Source: a virus. Taken from it: 41,097 nt of DNA. The first letter of the stretch is position 1, and each line of letters begins with the position of its first letter. This document shows positions 32,227 through 40,505 of the stretch, piece by piece. Under the pieces are notes generated by a model. That model saw only the letters and a program-made list of their open reading frames with translations, ran no database searches and was not told the DNA's origin. The stretch lies in the IMG/VR virus record IMGVR_UViG_3300002120_000004; one strand, 5' to 3'. The position numbers were made by a program, and so were the translations under genes.

Positions 32227-32750
32227 AATCACAAGATAGGTACGATAGCCTCCTTCAGTATTACTCTATGACTGTTGAAATGCCATGGAAGCTCCTGAAG
32301 GCTCAGATGCTTCAGGAGAGTTCTGCGAACCCAGATGCCAAGTCCAGAGTTGGTGCCATGGGCCTCATGCAGTTTATGCCTAGAACAGCTAAGGATGAGT
32401 TCATTGGTAGCCAAATGGATCCACTAGACCCAGAGGAGTCGATCAAGGCTGCCTCCAGATATATGGCAAAGCTCGTAACAGCAGTTAGGCTAGCTGTCTA
32501 CAGCGGCCCAATCATAGAGCCAGACCACTGGAAGATGGCTCTCGCCAGCTACAACGGGGGGATTGGGTATGTACAGAAGGCCATCCACATGTGTGCCTAC
32601 GAGGGAATCCCATACACCTGGGAGAATGTCTTGGCTAAGCTCCCGAAAGTACTCGTGAAAGGAAAGAGGATGGACGTAAAACAGGTAGAGGACTATGTGT
32701 CCAGGATTTGGAAGAAGTACGAGGAGGATTCCCATGAAACGGATACGTAA
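32223..32750 (+). CDS. lytic transglycosylase (SLT-domain) endolysin (175 aa)
   Basis: LLKAQMLQESSANPDAKSRVGAMGLMQFMP...ASYNGGIGY carries the SLT E-S / GLMQ / YNxG motifs. Confidence 0.85.
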   Translation: MKSQDRYDSLLQYYSMTVEMPWKLLKAQMLQESSANPDAKSRVGAMGLMQFMPRTAKDEFIGSQMDPLDPEESIKAASRYMAKLVTAVRLAVYSGPIIEPDHWKMALASYNGGIGYVQKAIHMCAYEGIPYTWENVLAKLPKVLVKGKRMDVKQVEDYVSRIWKKYEEDSHETDT

Positions 32751-33318
32751 GATAACTGATCTCCGTATCGGGGACTTTGTATCCGTGGAGTGGATGGATC
32801 ATGCCAAATACGAGGGTGGGTGGGGTAGGGTGTCCGAGAAACCGCCTCCTATTTTGGTGTCCTGTGGGAGACTGGCAGACATTCCAGGACCATGGTGTAC
32901 ACTGGCCGTACACGATGAGGTAACTGGAACTGGAGAAAACTCTGAGTGGTTTACCGCTGTGACACCTGCGATACGGCAGATCGTCGTTTATAGGGCTGTG
33001 GCGGTTTGGAACTCACCCCTTTCCGATATCGTACAAACCTCACCAACTTCGTTTCCTCCCACACAGGTCCCAAAACCACGCCGGTCTTCGAAATCTTTGA
33101 GCGTTCGTAGTACATCTGTCTTAGCGGCATCTGCTTCCCACCCCAGAAAACGATTGTCCGCCAGATGTCCGGCTTCTCTTTACGGTTGCTCCAGGGAGTC
33201 TTCCCCCTTGGCACCGTACGAAGGGAGGGATCACACCTCACAGAGTGGCAGGCCTCACAAAGTCCGTTCTTCAGGATCTCAGAGGAAGCCACAAAACCGC
33301 ACTGAGTACAGGAGTTAA
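32734..33318 (+). CDS. hypothetical protein; the first ~90 aa look genuine, the 3' end is uncertain
   Basis: ATG 32734 lies 6 nt after GAGGAGG. The S/P/R-rich tail from ~33000 is the antisense shadow of 32951..33328. Confidence 0.5.
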   Translation: MKRIRKITDLRIGDFVSVEWMDHAKYEGGWGRVSEKPPPILVSCGRLADIPGPWCTLAVHDEVTGTGENSEWFTAVTPAIRQIVVYRAVAVWNSPLSDIVQTSPTSFPPTQVPKPRRSSKSLSVRSTSVLAASASHPRKRLSARCPASLYGCSRESSPLAPYEGRDHTSQSGRPHKVRSSGSQRKPQNRTEYRS

Positions 33319-33328
33319 CAGAAGCCAT
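32951..33328 (-). CDS. zinc-ribbon protein (125 aa), lone minus-strand gene inside the plus block
   Basis: MASVNSCTQCGFVASSEILKNGLCEACH. Codon endings match genome usage better than the overlapping plus frame (A-ending 18/125 versus 25/105, by hand count). Confidence 0.6.
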   Translation of the reverse strand: MASVNSCTQCGFVASSEILKNGLCEACHSVRCDPSLRTVPRGKTPWSNRKEKPDIWRTIVFWGGKQMPLRQMYYERSKISKTGVVLGPVWEETKLVRFVRYRKGVSSKPPQPYKRRSAVSQVSQR

Positions 33329-34160
33329 GATACTTCATTCTCTTACTAGCAGGCACGAATCCAGGTCCGATGAATTCTACTTTGTTGCGATAGGGGACAT
33401 TCACATTGGGTCCAAGGGTTGCGATGTGGAACGACTGCGCAAAACGGTAGAGTGGGTGAGGTCTTGTAAGAACTGTCTGTGGATCGGAATGGGCGACTAC
33501 TCCGAGAGTATTAAGGTGAGTGACCGCCGATTCGATCCAAGGAGCCTTGACCCCAGATATCGCAGCCATCTTGATGACCTCACTGGTATGTGTGTGAATG
33601 ATCTCAATTACATTCTTTCCCCGATAAAGGATAAATGCGTCGGGCTCCTTACGGGAAACCACGAGGAGAAACTGAGGCTTAGGGATTGGGAGGATGTTCA
33701 CGGTCGCTTCTGCACCCTTATGGGGGCGAAAGATCTTGGACACGATGCCCTTCTTCGATGGATCTTTTCTCGCAGGAAAGATGGGAAGTGTTCTTCTAAA
33801 AAAGTCCTCCACGTCTTCGCATCCCATTCCACTATTTCCGGACGTAACGAGGGCTCGAAGATCAACAGGATGATGAACGTCGCAGGTAACATTGAAGCAG
33901 ACCTCTATCTCTTCGGTCATGGGCACTCCCTCCTGAGAACGCAGACTGTTACCCTGTATGATCCAGCTCGTGGTCGGATGAAGCTGAAAGAACACAGGAA
34001 AGCCTTTGCCCAGACCGGGACGTTTCGGAAAACCTATGTGGAAGGGACCCACGATTATAGCGAAAAGGGGCACTTCCGTCCCGCAGATCTCGGCGCGTGT
34101 GCGGTACGTGTCCGTCCCTGGAGTGATGGGTCTGACCTCTTCGAGTTTTTTACTGTCTAG
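33327..34160 (+). CDS. calcineurin-like metallophosphoesterase (277 aa)
   Basis: Ordered motifs GDIHIG, GMGD, GNHE and GHGH. Confidence 0.9.
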   Translation: MILHSLTSRHESRSDEFYFVAIGDIHIGSKGCDVERLRKTVEWVRSCKNCLWIGMGDYSESIKVSDRRFDPRSLDPRYRSHLDDLTGMCVNDLNYILSPIKDKCVGLLTGNHEEKLRLRDWEDVHGRFCTLMGAKDLGHDALLRWIFSRRKDGKCSSKKVLHVFASHSTISGRNEGSKINRMMNVAGNIEADLYLFGHGHSLLRTQTVTLYDPARGRMKLKEHRKAFAQTGTFRKTYVEGTHDYSEKGHFRPADLGACAVRVRPWSDGSDLFEFFTV

Positions 34161-34188
34161 CCTGTTACCACTACCATCTGGAGTAATC

Positions 34189-34452
34189 ATGGATTTAACT
34201 CCTTGTTGTCAGGTTCCTTGGTTGTACGACGGGGTGGGCCGCTTCTGCCCCTCCTGCCAAATCCCTCCTGGAATAGGAGGATTTCTAGATCTTCCACTGA
34301 ATACTGGAGCCACCGTAAATGGGACCGTACGTCGTTTAGAGAACGGAAAATACGTTCTCTCGATTGATGGTCAGTCGGTAGCTGTTGGGGAGCAGCGCCC
34401 GGCGAATCAACCAACCCTCCCTGATGAGGAGATTGTCTCTTATGAACAGTAA
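34189..34452 (+). CDS. small Cys-containing protein (87 aa)
   Basis: Internal ATG of track ORF 34006..34452, with GGAG 6 nt upstream. Sequence: MDLTPCCQVPWLYDGVGRFCPSCQ... Confidence 0.55.
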   Translation: MDLTPCCQVPWLYDGVGRFCPSCQIPPGIGGFLDLPLNTGATVNGTVRRLENGKYVLSIDGQSVAVGEQRPANQPTLPDEEIVSYEQ

Positions 34453-34612
34453 GACCACGTTGTTTGGTGTACTCACGATTCTTGGGGGCTTGATTGGGTA
34501 TGCGCTTGCCTTCCTCAAGGGGATGGCTTCTGAGCCCGCTGCTCTCGGAGCATTGGTGGCTGCCCTCACCTCTGGCATCGGCCTTGTCCTTGCCAAGGAC
34601 GCTACCCCCTAG
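34442..34612 (+). CDS. two-TM small membrane protein (56 aa), holin-like
   Basis: Internal ATG of track ORF 34385..34612. Sequence: MNSKTTLFGVLTILGGLIGYALAFLKGMASEPAALGALVAALTSGIGLVLAKDATP. Confidence 0.55.
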   Translation: MNSKTTLFGVLTILGGLIGYALAFLKGMASEPAALGALVAALTSGIGLVLAKDATP

Positions 34613-34693
34613 CGATGAATCTGCGCCGGATCCTCCGTCTAGTGGGTTCTGTGGGTCCATTTGCACTCCGGGTGTTCGGGGTTAAGAGGGGTA

Positions 34694-35068
34694 CTATTGC
34701 TTCAAAGGTTGGGGAAGTGGTAGAGAAGATTGATCAGACTCTACCTCTAGAGGGTCAGGTAACACCACCTGGCCCGAAGCAATCGAAATAGCCTTTAGGT
34801 GTCCTTCTTCTGCATGTTCTTTTGACTGGTACCTTTCTTGGTAATAGTTGTGAGGACCACCAAAGATCATTGTTTCCCAAAGGACTGGTGGATCACTACC
34901 ATTACCGTGGTCTAGCCCAAGGAAGACGGTGCTCACCTTTACCTCGTTGGACAGATTGTTGAGTCCTATCCTACCACCATTTGGGTTCTCTTTTTTCCAC
35001 TCAATGAACTCCCGAGGGTCCTTGCATTGTACTGGCTCACCATCAAGACCGATCTTGTACCATCTCAT
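34694..35068 (-). CDS. conserved-looking hypothetical phage protein (124 aa)
   Basis: Track ORF. The motif VSTVFLGLDHG...LWETMIFGGP...RYQSKEHAEEGH resembles a widespread phage family of unknown function (recalled). Confidence 0.75.
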   Translation of the reverse strand: MRWYKIGLDGEPVQCKDPREFIEWKKENPNGGRIGLNNLSNEVKVSTVFLGLDHGNGSDPPVLWETMIFGGPHNYYQERYQSKEHAEEGHLKAISIASGQVVLPDPLEVESDQSSLPLPQPLKQ

Positions 35069-35076
35069 TAGGCCTC

Positions 35077-35364
35077 CTACAGCTTGGATATGGGTACAGA
35101 GATTTCCTTGATCCTTCTATCCAGCCAGTCTAGATTACTCTCGGCCTTTTTCTGGATGAGTAAATCTCTCTTCATATTACCCTCCATGATAATGTTTTGA
35201 TAATTCTGTAAAACTGGCAAGATCCCTTGCGGTTGGGAGTATGAATACAGGTCGTAGGTGTAGGCCTGTGCCAGACTCGTGAGGCCCGAAGTTGAGCTAG
35301 AGGAAGAGTAGGTGTTACTTGCTACAGTCTTCGCGATTAGTGAGGAGCTATTAGGACGGAACAT
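35077..35364 (-). CDS. hypothetical Ser-rich protein (95 aa)
   Basis: Track ORF that fits tightly between its neighbours. Confidence 0.55.
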   Translation of the reverse strand: MFRPNSSSLIAKTVASNTYSSSSSTSGLTSLAQAYTYDLYSYSQPQGILPVLQNYQNIIMEGNMKRDLLIQKKAESNLDWLDRRIKEISVPISKL

Positions 35365-35367
35365 AGC

Positions 35368-35838
35368 TTATCTCCTCTTTGAGACTGAGATGTCAGCTAT
35401 AATCTCAGCACTGGGTAGCCTTTGCATTAGCTGACCAACCAAGTCCCTTAGAGACTGGATCTCACCCTCTAAATGCTTGCGCTGAAACTCCATCTCTGCT
35501 TTGAACCGTTCTTTATCCGCCTTGAGATTTTCCTCACGAATGGATACCTCGGTAGTTCTCTTGGTCTGATTGATCTCAAACTCCTGACGCTTCCTTTCCA
35601 GACCAACTTTGTGTTCTACCTCACGCTCCCTACGAGCAAATTCTTCTTCCCGTCCGCTCTTTTCAATCTCCAGCTGGTTAACCTTTTTCTGGAGATCGGT
35701 AATATTTGTTATTGAGGTTATGGTATCCGCCATACTTGACATGGTATTGGATACCACTGACTCAATGGTCTCTCTCACGATGTTTCTCACATATCTGTTC
35801 CACGTAAACTTCTCTATAATCTTTGTAAGCCATCCCAT
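35368..35838 (-). CDS. coiled-coil protein (156 aa)
   Basis: Track ORF with a long E/K/R heptad-like region. Confidence 0.7.
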   Translation of the reverse strand: MGWLTKIIEKFTWNRYVRNIVRETIESVVSNTMSSMADTITSITNITDLQKKVNQLEIEKSGREEEFARREREVEHKVGLERKRQEFEINQTKRTTEVSIREENLKADKERFKAEMEFQRKHLEGEIQSLRDLVGQLMQRLPSAEIIADISVSKRR

Positions 35839-36024
35839 TTACTTCTCCTCTCTGATTGTAAGATCATGAACATCTGTTGGTGCTCGGTAGGTCATCGCCT
35901 TACGCCACTCGATGATAGACTGTGGAATCAGCAAGCCGAGTACCATAGTCAGGACTACAACAATTAGTCCCTTGATGATCCATGGTAGCAGTCTATCCAA
36001 TGCATCCATGGGGTCTTGGTTCAC
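35839..36024 (-). CDS. single-TM membrane protein (61 aa)
   Basis: TM segment LLPWIIKGLIVVVLTMVLGLLIP. Confidence 0.6.
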   Translation of the reverse strand: MNQDPMDALDRLLPWIIKGLIVVVLTMVLGLLIPQSIIEWRKAMTYRAPTDVHDLTIREEK

Positions 36025-36356
36025 TGTGAGATCCTCCCACGGAATCTAATTCCGATACGAGGTCCATCCACATAGGACTGGCCCCTATGATACCACGTTG
36101 AGCTCTGTCCTAAAGCCTGCCACCGGAAGGATGCTCTGAACCAGAATCCCTTCTTCTCAAGAAAGCTGGGAGTCCACTCGAAGCCAGGTTCAATGTCCCA
36201 CCTGGGAGACTCAAGGTGCGGGAACCCAAGACCACTGTGGTTTGATCCCCACTTAAACGATGTAAATCCTGAGTCTATGGTAAGGTAAACAGGAGATGCA
36301 GATGCCATAGCGAAGAAGAACATCATCATTGCTGCAAGTAACAAGGCTCGTACCAT
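36021..36356 (-). CDS. secreted beta-rich protein with a signal peptide (111 aa)
   Basis: MVRALLLAAMMMFFFAMASA|SP cleavage-type signal, followed by an aromatic-rich beta pattern. Confidence 0.65.
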   Translation of the reverse strand: MVRALLLAAMMMFFFAMASASPVYLTIDSGFTSFKWGSNHSGLGFPHLESPRWDIEPGFEWTPSFLEKKGFWFRASFRWQALGQSSTWYHRGQSYVDGPRIGIRFRGRISQ

Positions 36357-36357
36357 G

Positions 36358-36579
36358 TCAACTACCCCTCCCTTCTGATTCCTCGTCGGGCTCGATTTCC
36401 CACTCAGATAACTCTAATAGAGAGCATGGCTCAGTCTCAAAACGAACCACGCTCTCTTTCCCACCACTAACAGCAACTCTCCTACAAGAGCAGAAGGTTA
36501 CCTTACTGGGGCTCGTTGATTCCACAGTATCCCCACAGTGGACGCACTGAGCTGCGTTCTTCTTGATCACCCTGGCCAC
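36358..36579 (-). CDS. zinc-ribbon protein (73 aa)
   Basis: GTG start 5 nt after AGGAGG. Motif CVHCGD...FCSCRRVAVSGG. Confidence 0.7.
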   Translation of the reverse strand: MARVIKKNAAQCVHCGDTVESTSPSKVTFCSCRRVAVSGGKESVVRFETEPCSLLELSEWEIEPDEESEGRGS

Positions 36580-36598
36580 AGTTACCTCCTACAAAATT

Positions 36599-36697
36599 GG
36601 GATGCTGGCACCAGATAGCTCAAGTCTTGGATAGGCTACCAAGATCATGTCGCTGCCGGAGTTGTAATCTCTGCCTTAGAGATCTAGCCAGCACCCC
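36599..36697 (-). other. structured intercistronic RNA element (~99 nt)
   Basis: An 11-bp long-range helix (minus sense GGGGTGCTGGC / GCCAGCATCCC, with one G.U that is A.C on plus) encloses hairpins ATCTCT-aaggc-AGAGAT and CTTGG-tagcctat-CCAAG, followed by AATTTTGT. Confidence 0.45.
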
Positions 36698-36706
36698 AAA
36701 CCTTAA

Positions 36707-38206
36707 TTACTCTGATGGCTCCCATGTCGATGAGTAACCATTCATTGCAGCCTTTACTCCATCTCCAATCCTGGAGCCAAGACGATCCACAACCTCGTGC
36801 AGGCGCCTCATCTGCTTGGCGTCCCTGGTTTCCTTAGTGGAGATGAAGAGCTTCTGCTCCAGCATCAGAGTATCTGCTGCATTGTTGAGGTCCACAGCCG
36901 TGATAGAAGATGAGAGGCCATGCGTCCTGCCTATTGCCTCAAGTTTCGACCTCTCCACAACTTCTCTGATCACAGCAGGGATCTGCCCTGAGATCTTCTC
37001 GGAGACCAAACTGAGATCCTCACTATCCCCGATCTCGCTGTCTCCATAGAGCCTGATCAGCCTCTCTGATGCCTCTCTGTCCGGAGCCTCTACATGGATT
37101 ACCGTGTCGATCCTTCCAGGCCTTCGCATGGCAGGGTTGATATCATCCGGATGATTCGACGTGAGAACCGTCATGATCTCGATGGACTTGGATCCAATCC
37201 CATCCAGCGTGTTCAGGAGCTCATTCACCGAATCATTTCTCTCTGTCCCAGCTGCCCGCTCCACGTCTTCTGCGAACACGATTGCTGGCTGGAACCTCTT
37301 AGCGAACTGGAGAGCCTCTGAGAGCTCGTCTACATCACTTACGTAAACGAACGTCCAGTTGCTTTTCACTGCCTCCCTTGCAAGGATCCCAGCTGCCAGA
37401 GTCTTTCCGGTGCCATACTTCCCGGCTAACAGGACACCACGCTTCATCGGAACTCCAGCCTTACGTGACCTCTCACTGTACCGTACTGGCACGAGAACAT
37501 TTGACTCGATGGCGTGCTCGATGTGATTGCTAAAGATGACGCTCAGAGGCTTGTCTGTGTCGATAAAGCTGATGTTCGGTAGATCCATCAGTTTATCCTC
37601 TTCATTCCGGAACTTGATCTTGATGGCCTTGTTCCGGTAGATGCTCTCATGAGCTGCGATCTCCCTGGTTCTCTCGATCAGATGGTTGATCTTCTTCTTT
37701 TCCTTGTTCTTCACCTGAGCCATGAGAACAAAGACTAGATGGCCATCATTGTTCTTGGAAATCCCAGTCTGGATCCATCCATCAACACCAGGGAGAGTAA
37801 ATCTTCCCCATGGAACCTTGACTGTCTCCGTGGTAGAGATATCCACAGAGATCAGTGCCGGTGGTGACTTCCCAAAGAACCCAGGAGTGGGCTCCTGCAT
37901 TGGGAATCCGAAGAGCTCCTTCATTGCCTTTGCCATGGCAATAGCTCCATCCCATGGAAATGCGTTGATGGTCTCATTGATGACAACCACTTCCTCATCG
38001 TAAATCATCCTACGCTGAAGAACCTCGATTGCCTCGGGGATCCCCATCTTAACAGGAAGCATGATGGGTCCATCGTGGTAGTTTACTTCTGCGACTGTTG
38101 CTTTCTTTGGTGCCATTGGTCTCTCCTTTTCTACCTCGATGAGGGCTCCCTTAAAGATCTTAAAGAACATCTCATTGAGTGATAGTTGTTCCGTTGGGTC
38201 TCCCAT
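36707..38206 (-). CDS. classical-clade AAA+ ATPase (499 aa)
   Basis: Walker A GKYGTGKT, Walker B IVFAEDVE, second region of homology TSNHPDDINPAMRRPGRID. The N-terminal ~250 aa are unrecognised. Confidence 0.9.
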   Translation of the reverse strand: MGDPTEQLSLNEMFFKIFKGALIEVEKERPMAPKKATVAEVNYHDGPIMLPVKMGIPEAIEVLQRRMIYDEEVVVINETINAFPWDGAIAMAKAMKELFGFPMQEPTPGFFGKSPPALISVDISTTETVKVPWGRFTLPGVDGWIQTGISKNNDGHLVFVLMAQVKNKEKKKINHLIERTREIAAHESIYRNKAIKIKFRNEEDKLMDLPNISFIDTDKPLSVIFSNHIEHAIESNVLVPVRYSERSRKAGVPMKRGVLLAGKYGTGKTLAAGILAREAVKSNWTFVYVSDVDELSEALQFAKRFQPAIVFAEDVERAAGTERNDSVNELLNTLDGIGSKSIEIMTVLTSNHPDDINPAMRRPGRIDTVIHVEAPDREASERLIRLYGDSEIGDSEDLSLVSEKISGQIPAVIREVVERSKLEAIGRTHGLSSSITAVDLNNAADTLMLEQKLFISTKETRDAKQMRRLHEVVDRLGSRIGDGVKAAMNGYSSTWEPSE

Positions 38207-38211
38207 TTCCT

Positions 38212-38688
38212 TTACCTCTTGGTAATCTTCTTGACCTCCTTAAACCTTGCATCCGGGACAGCCCGGATACCATACTCCCACTGGTCGATGGTGGCATTGC
38301 TCACACCCATCTTCGTTGCGAGCTCAGACTTTCCCAAGCCTGCATTGAGCCTTGCATTCTTGAAGAACCTGGCCCTGACCAGGTGTCTCTTTAGCTCAGA
38401 GCCCCTAAGATCCTTGGACAGGTTTTTGTAGGTACGGTAGGGGGGCCTCAGTGACTTCCGCTTTCCTAGCAGATTCCGCTTCTTTGGCTTGGCTGGGGCG
38501 TCATTGGGATCACCATTCTTCCAGTTTGCTGTGACTTCCCACTCCCCACTCGGTGTCTCTGGGGTACCTGATACTGGATCATGATCCTCAATAAACATTC
38601 TGAGGAGACCCGCCCTAGCCGTGTCTGAATTCAGTGATCCCAGGATAACTCCCAACGCTGCTACTTCTGTTCTGGTTAGGTGTTCCAT
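38212..38688 (-). CDS. XRE-family helix-turn-helix protein (158 aa)
   Basis: Track ORF 38212..38742 trimmed to ATG 38688 behind AGAAGGAGAAAG. C-terminal HTH: LGKSELATKMGVSNATIDQWEYG. Confidence 0.8.
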   Translation of the reverse strand: MEHLTRTEVAALGVILGSLNSDTARAGLLRMFIEDHDPVSGTPETPSGEWEVTANWKNGDPNDAPAKPKKRNLLGKRKSLRPPYRTYKNLSKDLRGSELKRHLVRARFFKNARLNAGLGKSELATKMGVSNATIDQWEYGIRAVPDARFKEVKKITKR

Positions 38689-38812
38689 GCTCTTTCTCCT
38701 TCTGGTTGATGAGATGGTTTTAGTGGATCTCCGGGCAGCCATGACCGGGGACAGTCTGCCCTGGAGTCAGGAGTAACGAGGCCCAATATCCCCGCCCGGC
38801 CCTCCACTCCCC

Positions 38813-39139
38813 TCACTTGGTGCTGGAGTTACTTCGGGCGCACCTTGCGAGAAGGAGTCGGAACGCACGCTCATCTAGTATAACCAGAGCGTGCGTGTTC
38901 CTTCCCTTACCGGCCCGTCTCTTGACGACAACGATCCCGATCCTGGATCCGGCGTTCTCCTGAGCGTCATGAGCGAGTGACTCCATCTCGGTAAGAGACA
39001 ACCTCTGAACGTGCTTGCATTGTCCTAAGAAGAGCTCTGATTCGATGTCATACTTCTCGCCAGAGTTTGACCAATATCGTTTCCCTCCAATGAGTTTGGC
39101 TGCCTCTCGCTCGAAAGCCTTCCAAGGCTTATCGGGCAA
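38813..39139 (-). CDS. putative PD-(D/E)xK-type nuclease / Holliday-junction-resolvase-like (108 aa)
   Basis: TTG start 4 nt after GGGGGAG. The pattern FEREAA...YDIESELFLGQCKH...VVVKRR resembles E / D / (E/Q)xK nucleases. Sits next to erf. Confidence 0.5.
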   Translation of the reverse strand: MPDKPWKAFEREAAKLIGGKRYWSNSGEKYDIESELFLGQCKHVQRLSLTEMESLAHDAQENAGSRIGIVVVKRRAGKGRNTHALVILDERAFRLLLARCARSNSSTK

Positions 39140-39213
39140 CGGACTCCCCCTGGAACCGGCTTACCATTTCCCCGAAGTAATCCTTCACCACATTCCTTTT
39201 CATTTGGTTTAGG

Positions 39214-40035
39214 CTACCCAGTCTGCGAGGCAACTGGGACTTCACGGCTCGTCGGTCCAGGGGGTTCCTTCTCTGAAACCCACTTCCAACTGTGGCCCTC
39301 TGTTCTCTTTCTGGCGATCTCTCTCTCAATCCCAGCTCCCACCAAATCCTTGTAAGCGGCCTGAGCTGAGGAGCACGACCGGTACCACTTCCCCTCTCGT
39401 GACTTGTAGAGTCCAATCGGGGATCCACACTTCTTGCACTTCTCACCATTCAGTAAGCCAGCTGGTTGCTCGTGATCCTCATCACGGCCCCCATCTTCAT
39501 GTGGGTCGGAGTACTTACCACTTGTGACTGTACTAGGTGTAACCAGGATCCTATTCTTTCCTTGAGTTTTTTCTCTCTGCTTTCTGATCGTGGTCCCAGC
39601 AGCCTGAGCATCTATCTTCGCGTCTCCCTCTGGATCATCTCCAGTAGAGATGTTTAAGAGGTTGATCCAGGCGTACTTGAGAGCAGCAGTCTGGGCCTTC
39701 ATAACCGCTTTGTCCGTTGGATCCACTCCGCATCCGTAGGCGACTGTTTCTATCCTACCGTTTCCCTCCACATCAAGGACCTCTAGCCGGAGAGCCACAG
39801 TAACCATGTGTTCCTTGGTCCCCTTTGGGGTGACTCGTTCAATATCACTGACGATAGATACAGTCGGGATGGATACCAAGCCGTGATCCCACAGAGCCTG
39901 GTTTACCTTCTCGTACACCAGAGCAGCACTTGCATAGGAGTACCTATGAAACTGGTTCTCGCTATCCTTCTGGATGTATGAGCAGGCTTTCGAGACGGAA
40001 CTCAGCTTAGCCAGAATGCCTTTAGCTTCCGTCAT
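39214..40035 (-). CDS. erf: ERF-family single-strand annealing recombinase (273 aa) with a C-terminal Cys cluster
   Basis: The pattern SYIQKDSENQFHRYSYASAALVYEKVNQALWDHGL...KAVMKAQTAALKYAWINLL is the ERF signature as recalled. C-terminal CKKCGS...CSS. Confidence 0.8.
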   Translation of the reverse strand: MTEAKGILAKLSSVSKACSYIQKDSENQFHRYSYASAALVYEKVNQALWDHGLVSIPTVSIVSDIERVTPKGTKEHMVTVALRLEVLDVEGNGRIETVAYGCGVDPTDKAVMKAQTAALKYAWINLLNISTGDDPEGDAKIDAQAAGTTIRKQREKTQGKNRILVTPSTVTSGKYSDPHEDGGRDEDHEQPAGLLNGEKCKKCGSPIGLYKSREGKWYRSCSSAQAAYKDLVGAGIEREIARKRTEGHSWKWVSEKEPPGPTSREVPVASQTG

Positions 40036-40262
40036 ACCTCATCTCCCGATAGGGGTCCTGATAGTTCATCCATGGTGAGAAGTCTAGGACCACGCTTCCC
40101 CTCTGTCAAGGGAGATTTTACCTCCTCAAAAGCACCTTCCACTGTATCCTTGAGAGCGTCCCACTCTGTTCTTGTCATTGAGATCTCTCCTGGGCCAACC
40201 TCAAGAAAGACAACAGGTTCGTCCATGTGATCCCACCACCGCACCTTCATCTGTATGGCCAT
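40032..40262 (-). CDS. hypothetical protein (76 aa)
   Basis: Track ORF 40032..40412 trimmed to ATG 40262 behind AAGAAGGAGGAAG. Its stop overlaps the erf start (ATGA). Confidence 0.65.
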   Translation of the reverse strand: MAIQMKVRWWDHMDEPVVFLEVGPGEISMTRTEWDALKDTVEGAFEEVKSPLTEGKRGPRLLTMDELSGPLSGDEV

Positions 40263-40290
40263 GTCTTCCTCCTTCTTATAGATACGGACA

Positions 40291-40500
40291 TCAGCTCTTG
40301 GTTTTCTCATCAGGCTTCCTCGCTTTCCCATTCTCGTTGCCCTTAACTCTTGCTCCGCCGTTTGATTCGAGCTTGTGTTGTTCTTTACAGTTCTCGTCCT
40401 CACAGTACCCAACCCTCAGCTCTTGATCGTATGTGATCTGATCAGAGATCACAACCTTTCTACAGTAGTCACATACACTGATGTTTCTGGCTACGGTCAC
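40291..40500 (-). CDS. small zinc-finger protein (69 aa)
   Basis: GTG start 9 nt after AAGGAG. Motif CDYC...CEDENC. Confidence 0.6.
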   Translation of the reverse strand: MTVARNISVCDYCRKVVISDQITYDQELRVGYCEDENCKEQHKLESNGGARVKGNENGKARKPDEKTKS

Positions 40501-40505
40501 AGAGT

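Noticed and set aside
33315-34190. 291-aa minus-strand ORF, one of the longest in the track
   Set aside because: It is the exact antisense shadow of 33327..34160, whose product carries the complete GDxH / GDxxD-like / GNHE / GHGH metallophosphoesterase motif set. The minus-strand product has no motif and an odd composition.
34187-34666. 159-aa minus-strand ORF
   Set aside because: Its sequence is low-complexity (G/S/P/R/Q), and it is antisense to two SD-led plus-strand genes (34189..34452 and 34442..34612).
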